Assembly: GCA_023406895.1 (NCBI GenBank)
Contig: JAEXTV010000001.1
Span: forward strand, 7,019-71,018
DNA from: Bacillota bacterium
Lineage (GTDB): Bacteria; Bacillota; Clostridia; Christensenellales; SZUA-584
Length of the DNA stretch: 64,000 nt
Direction: 5' to 3'
Below are positions 38,521 through 48,517 of the stretch, piece by piece. The notes beneath the pieces are model-generated. The model saw only the letters and a program-made list of their open reading frames with translations. It was not told the origin of the DNA and searched no databases. Made by a program: the position numbers and the translations under genes. Each line of letters starts with the position of its first letter. Position 1 is the stretch's first letter.

Positions 38521-38746
38521 GCACCGCTCGTTTTTCACGAACAACGAAAAATAGGCGCTTTCCGCAAGGAAGGTGCCTGATTATTTTTCAGGCACAATTG
38601 ACTTTTTTAGGTTATAAGCCAAGTGCTGCTGCGCTCGTTCAATGAGCGAATCAAGTATGACCGGCAGCCTGAAAAGGATCGATTGCCGCATCCTTTTGTG
38701 ATTCTTTTTATCATATTGACGTATATGATATTATATAGAAAAAAAG

Positions 38747-38775
38747 TTGCAATGGTTTTGTATTTTTTATATACT
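38747..38775 (+). promoter_or_regulatory. Sigma-A-type promoter (TTGCAA-17-TATACT) for plsX-acpP-rnc
   Basis: TTGCAA 38747-38752, a 17-nt spacer, and TATACT 38770-38775. Confidence 0.55.
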
Positions 38776-38807
38776 ACCCATATAAAATGAAGATAAGAGG
38801 TGGACGG

Positions 38808-39812
38808 TTGAAAGTCATTGTTGACGCTATGGGCGGGGACAACGCGCCGCAGGCCATCATTGAAGGATGCATGCTCGCGCTTAAAAGTATGCCCGATCTG
38901 CACATCACGCTGACGGGGCTTTCCGATGTCATCGAAAAAGAACTCAGCCAATATGAGTTTGACGCATCGCGTATAAATATTGTGAATGCGACTCAAGTTA
39001 TAGATATGGCGGAATCACCCGTGGAAGCAATCCGCCAAAAGAGCGATTCGTCGCTTGTGGTGGGGCTTCGGCTGCTCAAAGACGGCGAAGGCAGCGTGTT
39101 CATTACCGCTGGCAGCACTGGCGCAACGATTGCGGGTGCGACGCTGATTGTGAAGCGGCTGCCGGGCGTAAAACGCCCCGCGCTGGCCCCGCTGCTGCCG
39201 AGCAAAACCGGAAAGGTGCTGCTGATTGACTGCGGCGCGAATTCCGAATGCCGTCCGTCGTTCCTTGCCCAATTTGCGCTGATGGGCAGCGCGTATATGA
39301 ACAGGGTTGAAGGAATTGAAAACCCGCGCGTTGGGCTTGTGAACAACGGTGCGGAAGCCGAAAAGGGCAACGAGCTGACCAAAGCGGCTTATAAGCTTTT
39401 GGAAGAGATGCCTGTCAATTTCGTGGGAAATGCGGAAGGGCGCGATCTCGTATCGGGCGATTTTGATGTCATCGTCTGCGACGGGTTTACAGGCAACGTG
39501 ATACTGAAGTTTATGGAAGGTGTGGCCGGCGTCCTCATGAGCCTGCTCTCCAAGGAACTCAAAAGCACGCTGCGCACGAAGATCGGCGCGGGGCTTGCAA
39601 TGCCCGCGTTCAAACGGTTTAAAAAGCGGATGGACTATACCGAATACGGCGGTGCGCTGCTGCTGGGTGTCAACGGCGGCGTTGTGAAAGCCCACGGGTC
39701 GTCCAACGCCAAGGCGATTCTTAGCACTTTGCGGCAGGCAGCCGGGTTTATCAAAGGCGATGTCGTTAATGTAATAAAAGAAGAAGTTTCAAAAGTGGCA
39801 CTCAGCGACTAA
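38808..39812 (+). CDS. plsX: Phosphate acyltransferase PlsX
   Basis: ORF 38787..39812. TTG 38808 behind AAGAGGTGG gives the canonical N-terminus (M)KVIVDAMGGDNAP. ATG 38787 has no SD. Confidence 0.9.
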   Translation: MKVIVDAMGGDNAPQAIIEGCMLALKSMPDLHITLTGLSDVIEKELSQYEFDASRINIVNATQVIDMAESPVEAIRQKSDSSLVVGLRLLKDGEGSVFITAGSTGATIAGATLIVKRLPGVKRPALAPLLPSKTGKVLLIDCGANSECRPSFLAQFALMGSAYMNRVEGIENPRVGLVNNGAEAEKGNELTKAAYKLLEEMPVNFVGNAEGRDLVSGDFDVIVCDGFTGNVILKFMEGVAGVLMSLLSKELKSTLRTKIGAGLAMPAFKRFKKRMDYTEYGGALLLGVNGGVVKAHGSSNAKAILSTLRQAAGFIKGDVVNVIKEEVSKVALSD

Positions 39813-39836
39813 ATAAACGAATTCAGGAGGCTCACA

Positions 39837-40073
39837 ATGGTATTTGAAAAGGTTAGAAAGATCTTGTCCGATCAGCTTGAGATTGACGAAGAAAGCATCA
39901 CGATGGATTCCGACCTCGTTGAGGATTTGAAAGCGGATTCGCTGGCTATCGTTGAGCTCATCATGGATCTGGAGCAGGAATTTGATCTTGATATTCCGGA
40001 TGATGAACTGCCCAAAGTGGTAACGGTGAAGGACGTTGTGACCTATATCGAGAAAAACGTTGGCGGTTTCTAA
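39837..40073 (+). CDS. acpP: Acyl carrier protein
   Basis: 78 aa with the phosphopantetheine site ..LKADSLAIVELIM... Confidence 0.93.
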   Translation: MVFEKVRKILSDQLEIDEESITMDSDLVEDLKADSLAIVELIMDLEQEFDLDIPDDELPKVVTVKDVVTYIEKNVGGF

Positions 40074-40153
40074 GGCAGTTTATACCCGGAGCGGTGATTT
40101 GCTCCGGGTATTGCTTTGCTTCCGATAAAAGAACTTGCGTGGTGTTTGAGAGC

Positions 40154-40831
40154 ATGACGGATGTTGATTATTCCAGACTGGAAAAAAGCATAGACTATAC
40201 CTTCCATGATAAAAAGCTTTTGAGAAGAGCCTTTATTCATGCGTCGGCGGATTTGGGAGAAAGCTATGAGAGGCTTGAGTTTTTGGGAGACGCAGTGCTT
40301 GCTCTCGCGGTGAGTGAGCATCTTTTTTTTGAAAAACCCGTTGATACCGAAGGTGAACTGACCAAGTGCCGTGCGGCGCTGGTTAACGAGACGGCGCTTG
40401 CGGAAGTGTCGCGCGGGCTTGAGCTGAGCGAATACTTTACGCTCGGGCGCGGTGAGCGCAATTCGGGCGGCGAGGATAAACCCTCGATACAAGCCGATGT
40501 GGTTGAGGCATTGATCGGCGCGGTTTATGTAGACGGCGGCTTCGAAAGTGCCAAGAGTCTGGTGAACAGACTGCTGGAAAAAAGCTTTGAGACGGTGCTC
40601 TCGGGCGGCGGATTCCGCGATTATAAAACTCGCCTGCAGGAACACTATCACAAACAGGGAATCAGCGATATTAAATATATCGTTTATAAAGAAGAAGGCC
40701 CCCCGCACGACAGGGTGTTTTATGTGAAGCTCGTTGTGAGCGGCGCGGAGGTGGCACAGGGACAGGGAAGGTCCAAAAAATTTGCGGAGCAGAAGGCGGC
40801 AAAAGCCGCTTTCCTCGATGCAGTAAAATAG
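40154..40831 (+). CDS. rnc: Ribonuclease III
   Basis: ORF 40094..40831 with the start at ATG 40154. The signature ERLEFLGDAVL and a C-terminal dsRBD (..PHDRVFYVKLVV..GQGRSKKFAEQKAA) are present. Confidence 0.93.
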   Translation: MTDVDYSRLEKSIDYTFHDKKLLRRAFIHASADLGESYERLEFLGDAVLALAVSEHLFFEKPVDTEGELTKCRAALVNETALAEVSRGLELSEYFTLGRGERNSGGEDKPSIQADVVEALIGAVYVDGGFESAKSLVNRLLEKSFETVLSGGGFRDYKTRLQEHYHKQGISDIKYIVYKEEGPPHDRVFYVKLVVSGAEVAQGQGRSKKFAEQKAAKAAFLDAVK

Positions 40832-40843
40832 GGGTGGTTATCA

Positions 40844-42082
40844 ATGCTTGATTATTCCAAAGTGAAGGCGGCAGACGAAGAAGTCTACAAGGCTATGATG
40901 GATGAGCTGGACCGGCAGGAAAACAATATCGAGCTCATCGCTTCCGAAAACTTTGTGTCGGAAGCCGTGATGAACGCGATGGGGTCTCATCTGACCAACA
41001 AGTATGCCGAAGGGTATCCGGGCAAGCGGTACTACGGCGGCTGTGAGTTTGTTGACGTGGCTGAAACGCTCGCGATTGAGCGCGCAAAGAAGCTGTTTGG
41101 TGCGGAGTTTGCGAATGTTCAGCCGCATTCGGGCGCGCAGGCGAATACGGCGGTATATTTTGCGATGCTCGAACCGGGCGACACGATACTCGGCATGAGT
41201 CTCGCGCACGGCGGGCATCTCTCGCACGGCAGCCCTGTTAATATCTCGGGCAAATACTTCAATATCGTTCCTTACGGTGTGAATCAGGAAACAGAGCAGA
41301 TTGATTATGAAGCCATGCGTGAGCTGGCGCTGCAGCATAAGCCAAAAATGATCGTCGCGGGCGCAAGCGCTTATCCGCGTAAGCTTGATTTTAAAAAGTT
41401 TCGTGAGGTGGCGGACGAGGTAGGCGCGCTGTTGATGGTGGATATCGCGCACATCGCCGGGCTCGTTGCGGCGGGTGAGCACGAAAGCCCGGTGCCTTAT
41501 GCCGATTTTGTGACCACAACAACGCACAAAACGCTGCGCGGACCGCGCGGCGGTATGATACTCTGCAAAGAACAGTATGGTGCCGCAATCAACAAAGCGG
41601 TGTTCCCCGGCACGCAGGGCGGCCCGCTCATGCATGTGATCGCCGCAAAGGCCGTGTGCTTTCAGGAAGCGTTTTCGGATTCGTTCAAGAGCTATCAGCA
41701 CCAGACTGTGCTCAATGCGAAGGCACTCGCCGACAGCCTTTCGGCAAACGGCATCCGGCTCGTATCGGGCGGCACAGACAACCATTTGATGTTGGTTGAC
41801 CTGACGGCGCAGGGCATCACAGGCAAAGAGCTTGAGGCGCTGCTCGGGCTTGCGGGCATCACGGTCAACAAGAACGCGATACCGTTTGACACGCGCAGCC
41901 CGTTTATCACAAGCGGGGTGAGAATCGGTACCCCCGCGGCAACGTCGCGCGGCATGAACGAAGCTGATATGAAAGAAATCGGCGCATGGATATCCGATGT
42001 GGTGTACCGGCGTGAAGCGGCGGTGGACGAGGTCCGCGCCAAGGTGAGAGCGCTGTGCGCCAAGCGCCCGCTCTACAAATAG
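40844..42082 (+). CDS. glyA: Serine hydroxymethyltransferase
   Basis: 412 aa. Contains ..ELIASENF.., ..[15 protein letters not shown].. and the PLP site ..[14 protein letters not shown]... Confidence 0.97.
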   Translation: MLDYSKVKAADEEVYKAMMDELDRQENNIELIASENFVSEAVMNAMGSHLTNKYAEGYPGKRYYGGCEFVDVAETLAIERAKKLFGAEFANVQPHSGAQANTAVYFAMLEPGDTILGMSLAHGGHLSHGSPVNISGKYFNIVPYGVNQETEQIDYEAMRELALQHKPKMIVAGASAYPRKLDFKKFREVADEVGALLMVDIAHIAGLVAAGEHESPVPYADFVTTTTHKTLRGPRGGMILCKEQYGAAINKAVFPGTQGGPLMHVIAAKAVCFQEAFSDSFKSYQHQTVLNAKALADSLSANGIRLVSGGTDNHLMLVDLTAQGITGKELEALLGLAGITVNKNAIPFDTRSPFITSGVRIGTPAATSRGMNEADMKEIGAWISDVVYRREAAVDEVRAKVRALCAKRPLYK

Positions 42083-42091
42083 CAGACATTC

Positions 42092-42120
42092 AAAAGCCCC
42101 TTAACCGGGGCTTTTTCTTT
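42092..42120 (+). terminator. Rho-independent terminator after glyA
   Basis: AAAAGCCCC-TTAA-CCGGGGCTTTTTCTTTT (imperfect stem). Confidence 0.8.
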
Positions 42121-42956
42121 TCTTTGAACGGTGATTGAGAGGCAAAGAAGATATGTGGCTGAAAAGCCTTTTCCGGTTACGCTCATTAAGCCTGTACGCT
42201 GCTTTTATGATTATGCGCGCCTGGATGTGATTCGCGTCAATAACGCAGAGAATCGGCGAAAAGATTCATTCATAGAACAAAACGAACTCGCCGATTCTCA
42301 TGCCTCATAATACCACCACTGGCCTTGGGAAAAGGTGAAGCTTAATACCAAATGGGACGGCAAGGCAATCGTTACTCGTGCTGACACCTCATCACGAACT
42401 TTTATCGCGCCCTCTGATGATTGCTCAAGGCAGGTTGGTGTCCGTCGCCGATAGGTGACTGGGGAGAGAAAATGGCTTAAAGCCCGTGATGATCGGCACT
42501 TCGTATTCACCACCCTTATATGATAAACAATAAGCCAGAGCTTGCGCTCACGAAGCATCCTTTAAAAAGAAACTGCAGGTGAACGGCCTTCGCACTGTTG
42601 AGAAATGGTTTAGGTTTTTGAATACATGGCTTTCATTTGCGGAAATAAATACCATAATTATGTTTTCTCTCATTACAAACATAAAGCGATCATCACATTA
42701 ATAAAAAACTGTACGTCATGCGTTGATACTGCATTTTTTAAAAAACAGCATGGGAGCATTCCCAAGAATACGATGCGGTGGGCCTCCTGCCGCTGTCATA
42801 CTGTCAGACCCAAATTATGCAATCCGTGTTTAGAAAAATTGCAAAAATATACGAGATGCACCCAAAAACGAATTGCGCCCCCGCTTTTTTTTTGATAGAA
42901 TACATCTGCGAAATTACATTTTTTATAAATACAATTTTGTCAATGCAGACAAATAA

Positions 42957-44315
<1,359 letters not shown>

Positions 44316-44385
44316 GGGGCAGCTTCTGTTTCGAAATACTGTATTCCGTTGAAAAACGACGGCATCTATTTATGACGTTAAGGAA

Positions 44386-44417
44386 GCATCTTCCCCTGCA
44401 TTGGGGAAGATGCTTTA
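44386..44417 (+). terminator. Rho-independent terminator after gdhA
   Basis: GCATCTTCCCC-6 nt-GGGGAAGATGC followed by TTTA. Confidence 0.7.
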
Positions 44418-44482
44418 TCCTTAACTTGGATACGTTATTTTGGTGATAATAAGCCGTAAGGCAAACGGTGCGGGAGGAAACA

Positions 44483-47029
44483 ATGAGTATACATGATCGT
44501 GTCAGTGCAGGAAGCAGCGGGATTGACAGAATGATCGACAACCTCCGTTTGGGGGATAATGTTGTTTGGAAGGTCGATTCTGTTCATAATTATAAAAGGC
44601 TTGTTCGGTTGTTTGTGTCTGCCGCGCTGGCGGATAACCGCAAGGTGGTTTATGTGCGGTTTGGCACCCATGAAGCGCTTTTGGACGAGGATATGCGCAT
44701 CAACGTTCATGAAATGGAAGCAGGCAAGGGCTTTGAGAATTTTACGACAGAAGTGTATCACATGATTGGTTTGGAGGGGAGAAAAACCTTCTACGTTTTT
44801 GACTGCCTGACTGATCTGCTGGCTTGCTGGCATTCCGATGTGATGGTCAAAAACTTCTTTAAAATCGTCTGCCCGTTTTTATATGAGCTGGACACGGTCG
44901 CCTATTTTGCACTGATGCGCAATGTTCATACGCTCGGGACCATCGCGGGCATCAGGGAGACCACACAGGTGCTTTTTGATGTTTTTCAAGCACAAGAGAA
45001 TCTCTATATCCATCCTCTAAAGGTTTTCAACCGTTACTCACCGACCATGTTTTTGCCTCATTTGCTGCAGAATGAAGAGGTGCTCAGCATTACAAACAGC
45101 GCGGAAGCAGCAAGCCTGTTTTCTGATTTTGTCCATAAAGAAACGCGGCACGACTATTGGTACTCCATGTTTGCCGAGGCGGAAAAGGCGCTGGATCTTT
45201 GCAATGAAAAGAAAAATGAAATAAAGAGACGATTGATGTCGATGCTCATCGGCAATCAGTCAAGAATATTTGACCTTTGCGACAAGTATTTTTCTCTTGC
45301 CGATATTTTGGGAATTGCTTCGAGAGAAATCGGCACCGGTTTTATCGGGGGCAAGAGCGTGGGCATGCTGCTGGCGCGCAAGGCGCTGGAGATTGAGGAT
45401 GCCGAGCGTTTTTCAAAATACATGGAACCGCACGATTCGTTTTATATCGGTTCCGACGTTTTTTACACGTACATTGTTCAGAATGATTGGTGGAAGCTGA
45501 GAACAAAACAAAAAACCCAAGATGGCTATTTTAAGTACGCGAAAGAGATCAAGGACAAACTGCTTCACGGCAAGTTTCCGGAAGATATTCAGGCACAGTT
45601 TATGCGGATGCTTGAATATTACGGGCAGTCACCCATTATTGTTCGGTCAAGCTCGCTGCTGGAGGACAACTTCGGCAATGCTTTTTCGGGCAAATACGAA
45701 AGCATTTTTTGTGTGAATCAGGGGACGCCGGAGGAAAGATACGACGCTTTTGAACAAGCTGTGCGAATTGTTTACGCCAGCACAATGGACGAAGACGCGC
45801 TCGCCTATCGCATGAACAGAGGGCTGTTTCATAATGACGAACAAATGGCGATTTTGGTTCAGCGCGTATCGGGAGACTATTACAACGATTATTTTTTCCC
45901 CCACATCGCGGGTGTGGGCAATTCTAAGAACCTGTATGTGTGGGACCAGAATATGGATGTGGATGCGGGGATGCTTCGCCTTGTCATGGGGCTCGGGACA
46001 AGGGCGGTTGACAGAACATCGGGCGACCATGTGCGCATCGTCTGTCTCGATGATCCGCTTCGGCGTTCGCCGATGCATTCCGCAGATCAGAAGAGATTTA
46101 CACAGCATCATGCCGATGTGCTTTCGTTAAGCGAGAATATTTTAACGGAACGTAAAATAGAGGAACTGCTGGGCATTGATCTGAAAACGGATAAGAGCAT
46201 TTTTTTCAAGCTCGATATCGAAACCATGAACCGGCTGCGTGAGCTGGGGTATGCGGACGTGAAACCGTCGTACATTTTGGATTTTAATAAGATGCTGGCG
46301 GAATCGGGTTTTGCGAAGCTTATGAGGGATATTTTGGCTTTGCTGTCAAAAATATATGATTATCCGGTTGATATCGAATTTACCGGCAATTTCACGCAGG
46401 ATGGGCTCAAGGTGAATCTGCTGCAATGCCGGCCTCTTCAAACGAGAGGGCTTGGCAAATCGGTCAGCATTCCCAAAATTGCCGACATGAACGAGTGCTT
46501 CTTCTATTCGAACGGGAACTTCATGGGAGGGAACGTTCGGATGTCTATTGATCACGTCGTCATGGTGGATACAAAGGCTTACCTTGAACTGTCGGAACAG
46601 GAAAAGCATCTGGTTGCCAGACAAATCGGGAAAATCAATACGGCGCTCAAGGGAAAAAACGTGATGCTGATAGGCCCTGGCCGCTGGGGAACCACCACCT
46701 CTTCGATCGGTGTTCCCGTGCATTTCGCGGAGATATGTAATATGTCGGTGATTTGTGAAGTGGCAGACGAGGCCTTGGGATTTTTGCCGGAGCTTTCATA
46801 TGGAAGCCACTTCTTTCAGGATCTTGTAGAAATGCAGATATTTTATGTGGCTCTTTTTGCGGGCGAGAAAAATGTTGTTTACAACCCCCAATATATTTTG
46901 TCAAATAAAAACCTATATCAAGATATATGTCCGTATGCCAAAAGCTTATCCGAAGTGATTTTTGTCTGCGAAACAAAGGCTTTGCAGATTTACTCTGATA
47001 TTGTGTCGCAAAGAGTATTATGCAGGTAA
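44483..47029 (+). CDS. PEP/pyruvate-binding (PPDK_N ATP-grasp) domain protein with N-terminal Walker-A-less KaiC/RecA-like domain
   Basis: ORF 44468..47029 with ATG 44483 behind GGGAGGA. The N-terminus SGIDRMIDNLRLGDNVVWKVDS follows the KaiC-like pattern but has no GxxGxGKT. The central region has GGKSVGMLLARKAL.. and ..IVRSSSLLEDNFGNAFSGKYES.. (PPDK_N signature). I see no TSH swivel-histidine motif. Confidence 0.8.
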   Translation: MSIHDRVSAGSSGIDRMIDNLRLGDNVVWKVDSVHNYKRLVRLFVSAALADNRKVVYVRFGTHEALLDEDMRINVHEMEAGKGFENFTTEVYHMIGLEGRKTFYVFDCLTDLLACWHSDVMVKNFFKIVCPFLYELDTVAYFALMRNVHTLGTIAGIRETTQVLFDVFQAQENLYIHPLKVFNRYSPTMFLPHLLQNEEVLSITNSAEAASLFSDFVHKETRHDYWYSMFAEAEKALDLCNEKKNEIKRRLMSMLIGNQSRIFDLCDKYFSLADILGIASREIGTGFIGGKSVGMLLARKALEIEDAERFSKYMEPHDSFYIGSDVFYTYIVQNDWWKLRTKQKTQDGYFKYAKEIKDKLLHGKFPEDIQAQFMRMLEYYGQSPIIVRSSSLLEDNFGNAFSGKYESIFCVNQGTPEERYDAFEQAVRIVYASTMDEDALAYRMNRGLFHNDEQMAILVQRVSGDYYNDYFFPHIAGVGNSKNLYVWDQNMDVDAGMLRLVMGLGTRAVDRTSGDHVRIVCLDDPLRRSPMHSADQKRFTQHHADVLSLSENILTERKIEELLGIDLKTDKSIFFKLDIETMNRLRELGYADVKPSYILDFNKMLAESGFAKLMRDILALLSKIYDYPVDIEFTGNFTQDGLKVNLLQCRPLQTRGLGKSVSIPKIADMNECFFYSNGNFMGGNVRMSIDHVVMVDTKAYLELSEQEKHLVARQIGKINTALKGKNVMLIGPGRWGTTTSSIGVPVHFAEICNMSVICEVADEALGFLPELSYGSHFFQDLVEMQIFYVALFAGEKNVVYNPQYILSNKNLYQDICPYAKSLSEVIFVCETKALQIYSDIVSQRVLCR

Positions 47030-47098
47030 TCTGATTGCCGTAAGACAGTCGCCGCACAACACAGGCGGGCTTTTGTTTATTTCTGCTTCCTTAAGAAT

Positions 47099-47137
47099 TT
47101 TACACGGGCTTTACATGGCTTTGATTTGTCTTTTACA
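47099..47137 (+). promoter_or_regulatory. Pho box (PhoP-type direct repeats) upstream of pstS
   Basis: Four hexamers at exact 11-bp phasing: TTTACA(47099) cgggc TTTACA(47110) tggct TTGATT(47121) tgtct TTTACA(47132). A TATACT -10 lies at 47147-47152. This matches the Bacillus-type TT(A/T/C)ACA repeat architecture. Confidence 0.7.
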
Positions 47138-47185
47138 AAGCTCTTGTATACTCAGTCCAGATTTTAAATTCTTTAGGAGGAATAC

Positions 47186-48121
47186 ATGAAGAAAGTTAGT
47201 TTATTGGTGATACTCGCGGCCATGATGCTTGTGGCGCTGGTCGGTTGCGGACAAGCCGCGTCCTCCCCGTCAGCTGAAAGCCCGGCTCCCTCGGCTGAAA
47301 CAACGACTGCGGCGGCATCTTCGTCAGAAACGTCTTCTGCTGAGCCTGTGGTGCTCAACGTGGTCGGCTCCACATCGGTGGGCCCGGTTATCGAAGCTTT
47401 GGCTGAGAAGTACATTGCGGTTCATCCCAATGTCACGATTAACGTTCAGCAGCCCGGGTCGGGCGGCGGCGTGACAGCCACAGCGGATGGCAGCGCTGAT
47501 TTGGGCATGGCATCCAGAAACTTAAAAGACGAAGAAACGGCGGCGACGCCGGATCTGCAGGCGCATGTGCTCTGCCTTGACGGTGTGGCGGTGATCGTGA
47601 ACGCGGATAACAAGGTGACGGAACTGACGGCAGAGCAGATTAAAAAGATCTTCATGGGCGAGATCACCGACTGGTCTGAAGTCGGCGGCGACAAGGGCCC
47701 GATCACGCTTTACTCCAGAGACGAGTCTTCCGGCACGCGCGAAGCTTTTCAGACACTGTTCCTTGGCAAAGACGATGCGGGCGAAGAAATCAAGATTGAC
47801 GACAAGAAGTGCCTGATCGTCGATTCCAACGGCTCGATGGGCTCCTCCGTGGAGGGCGATCCGATGGGTATCGGCTATATGTCTCTCGGCCTTGCGCCGA
47901 ACTATAAGGTCGCTTCCGTTAAGATCGACGGTGTGGAGGCGACAATCGAAAATCTGGTAGGGGGCACCTACAAGTACTTCCGAAACTTCAACCTGCTGAC
48001 CCTCGGTGATCCGGCGGGCGAAGTGAAAGCCTTCATGGATTACTGCATGACCGATGCCGAAGCGACGGCCTACATGGAAGGAAAGGGCTATGTGATGCCC
48101 TACGGTAAGACCTCATCTTAG
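47186..48121 (+). CDS. pstS: Phosphate ABC transporter substrate-binding lipoprotein PstS
   Basis: 311 aa. It has a lipobox LVGCG and the blocks ..GSTSVGPV.. and ..SRDESSGTREAF... Confidence 0.93.
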   Translation: MKKVSLLVILAAMMLVALVGCGQAASSPSAESPAPSAETTTAAASSSETSSAEPVVLNVVGSTSVGPVIEALAEKYIAVHPNVTINVQQPGSGGGVTATADGSADLGMASRNLKDEETAATPDLQAHVLCLDGVAVIVNADNKVTELTAEQIKKIFMGEITDWSEVGGDKGPITLYSRDESSGTREAFQTLFLGKDDAGEEIKIDDKKCLIVDSNGSMGSSVEGDPMGIGYMSLGLAPNYKVASVKIDGVEATIENLVGGTYKYFRNFNLLTLGDPAGEVKAFMDYCMTDAEATAYMEGKGYVMPYGKTSS

Positions 48122-48132
48122 ATTCCAATCAG

Positions 48133-48156
48133 GAGACGGCTAAAAAAGGCCGTCTC
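48133..48156 (+). repeat. Hairpin GAGACGGC-loop-GCCGTCTC, copy 1 (no T-tail)
   Basis: Near-identical to the hairpin at 48312-48334. The two copies bracket the MITE-like element. Confidence 0.7.
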
Positions 48157-48182
48157 TCAGGCTGCTGACAAAGTAACAAATA

Positions 48183-48288
48183 TCATTCCGAGCGAGCGTA
48201 AGCGATCGACTACGAAGTGGAGTGAAATCCCATGTTTAAAGCGTTTCAACATGGGATGCTCACGTCGCTACGCTCCTCAGCATGACAG
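48183..48288 (-). repeat. MITE-like palindromic repeat, copy 1 (inverted relative to copy 2 at 59276..59386)
   Basis: The reverse complement reads CTGTCATGCTGAGGAGCGTAGCGA..CATCCCATGttGAAACGCTTTAAACATGGGATT..CGTAGTCGAtCGCTtACG..AATGA. This aligns block for block with 59276-59386. It has imperfect terminal inverted repeats (TCATTCCGAGCGAGCGTAAGCG / TCATGCTGAGGAGCGTAGCG) and a central 10-bp hairpin. Confidence 0.75.
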
Positions 48289-48311
48289 GTAGGGGTTTTT
48301 CATCAAGCTGG

Positions 48312-48341
48312 GAGACGGCAAAAAAGGCCGTCTCTTTTCTT
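48312..48341 (+). terminator. Hairpin GAGACGGC-loop-GCCGTCTC, copy 2, with T-tail (likely pstS terminator/attenuator)
   Basis: GAGACGGC aaaaaag GCCGTCTC followed by TTTTCTT. Confidence 0.65.
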
Positions 48342-48404
48342 GTTATAAGAATACCCCATGTCATACCGGGAGTTCCATTTGCTATGTGAAGAATGGTGTT
48401 CTCA

Positions 48405-48517
48405 AAAGCCTTCTCCTAGAGGAGAAGGTGGTGCGAAGCACCGGATGAGGTGTCAATATCATAGTTATCACATGGCACACCTCATCAGTCGCCTGTCGGC
48501 GACAGCTTCTCCTCAAG
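48405..48517 (+). repeat. Multi-hairpin interspersed repeat (Clostridia-type) interrupted by the IS
   Basis: A chain of hairpins: CCTTCTCC-taga-GGAGAAGG, GGTGC-gaa-GCACC, GGATGAGGTGT..ACACCTCATC, GTCGCC-tgtc-GGCGAC. The last stem, CTTCTC, has its partner GAGAA beyond the IS (49689-49693). Its translation gives the familiar spurious peptides ..PSPRGEGGAKHRMRC.. and ..HLISRLSATASPQ... Confidence 0.65.

Noticed and set aside
38607-38996. 129-aa minus-strand ORF between rpmF and plsX
   Set aside because: It overlaps the plsX promoter and the first 190 nt of plsX. The segment is AT-rich and the ORF has no SD or motif.
42298-42558. 86-aa minus-strand ORF in the glyA-gdhA spacer
   Set aside because: It is Arg/Ser-rich, has no SD, and overlaps the segments that form RNA-like helices. 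I kept the region as a finding but do not call this ORF a gene.
42626-42895. 89-aa Cys-rich + ORF upstream of gdhA
   Set aside because: It lies in very AT-rich promoter-like DNA and has no SD. The Cys and Lys/Asn richness is what AT-rich random sequence yields, and no metal-binding spacing is recognisable.
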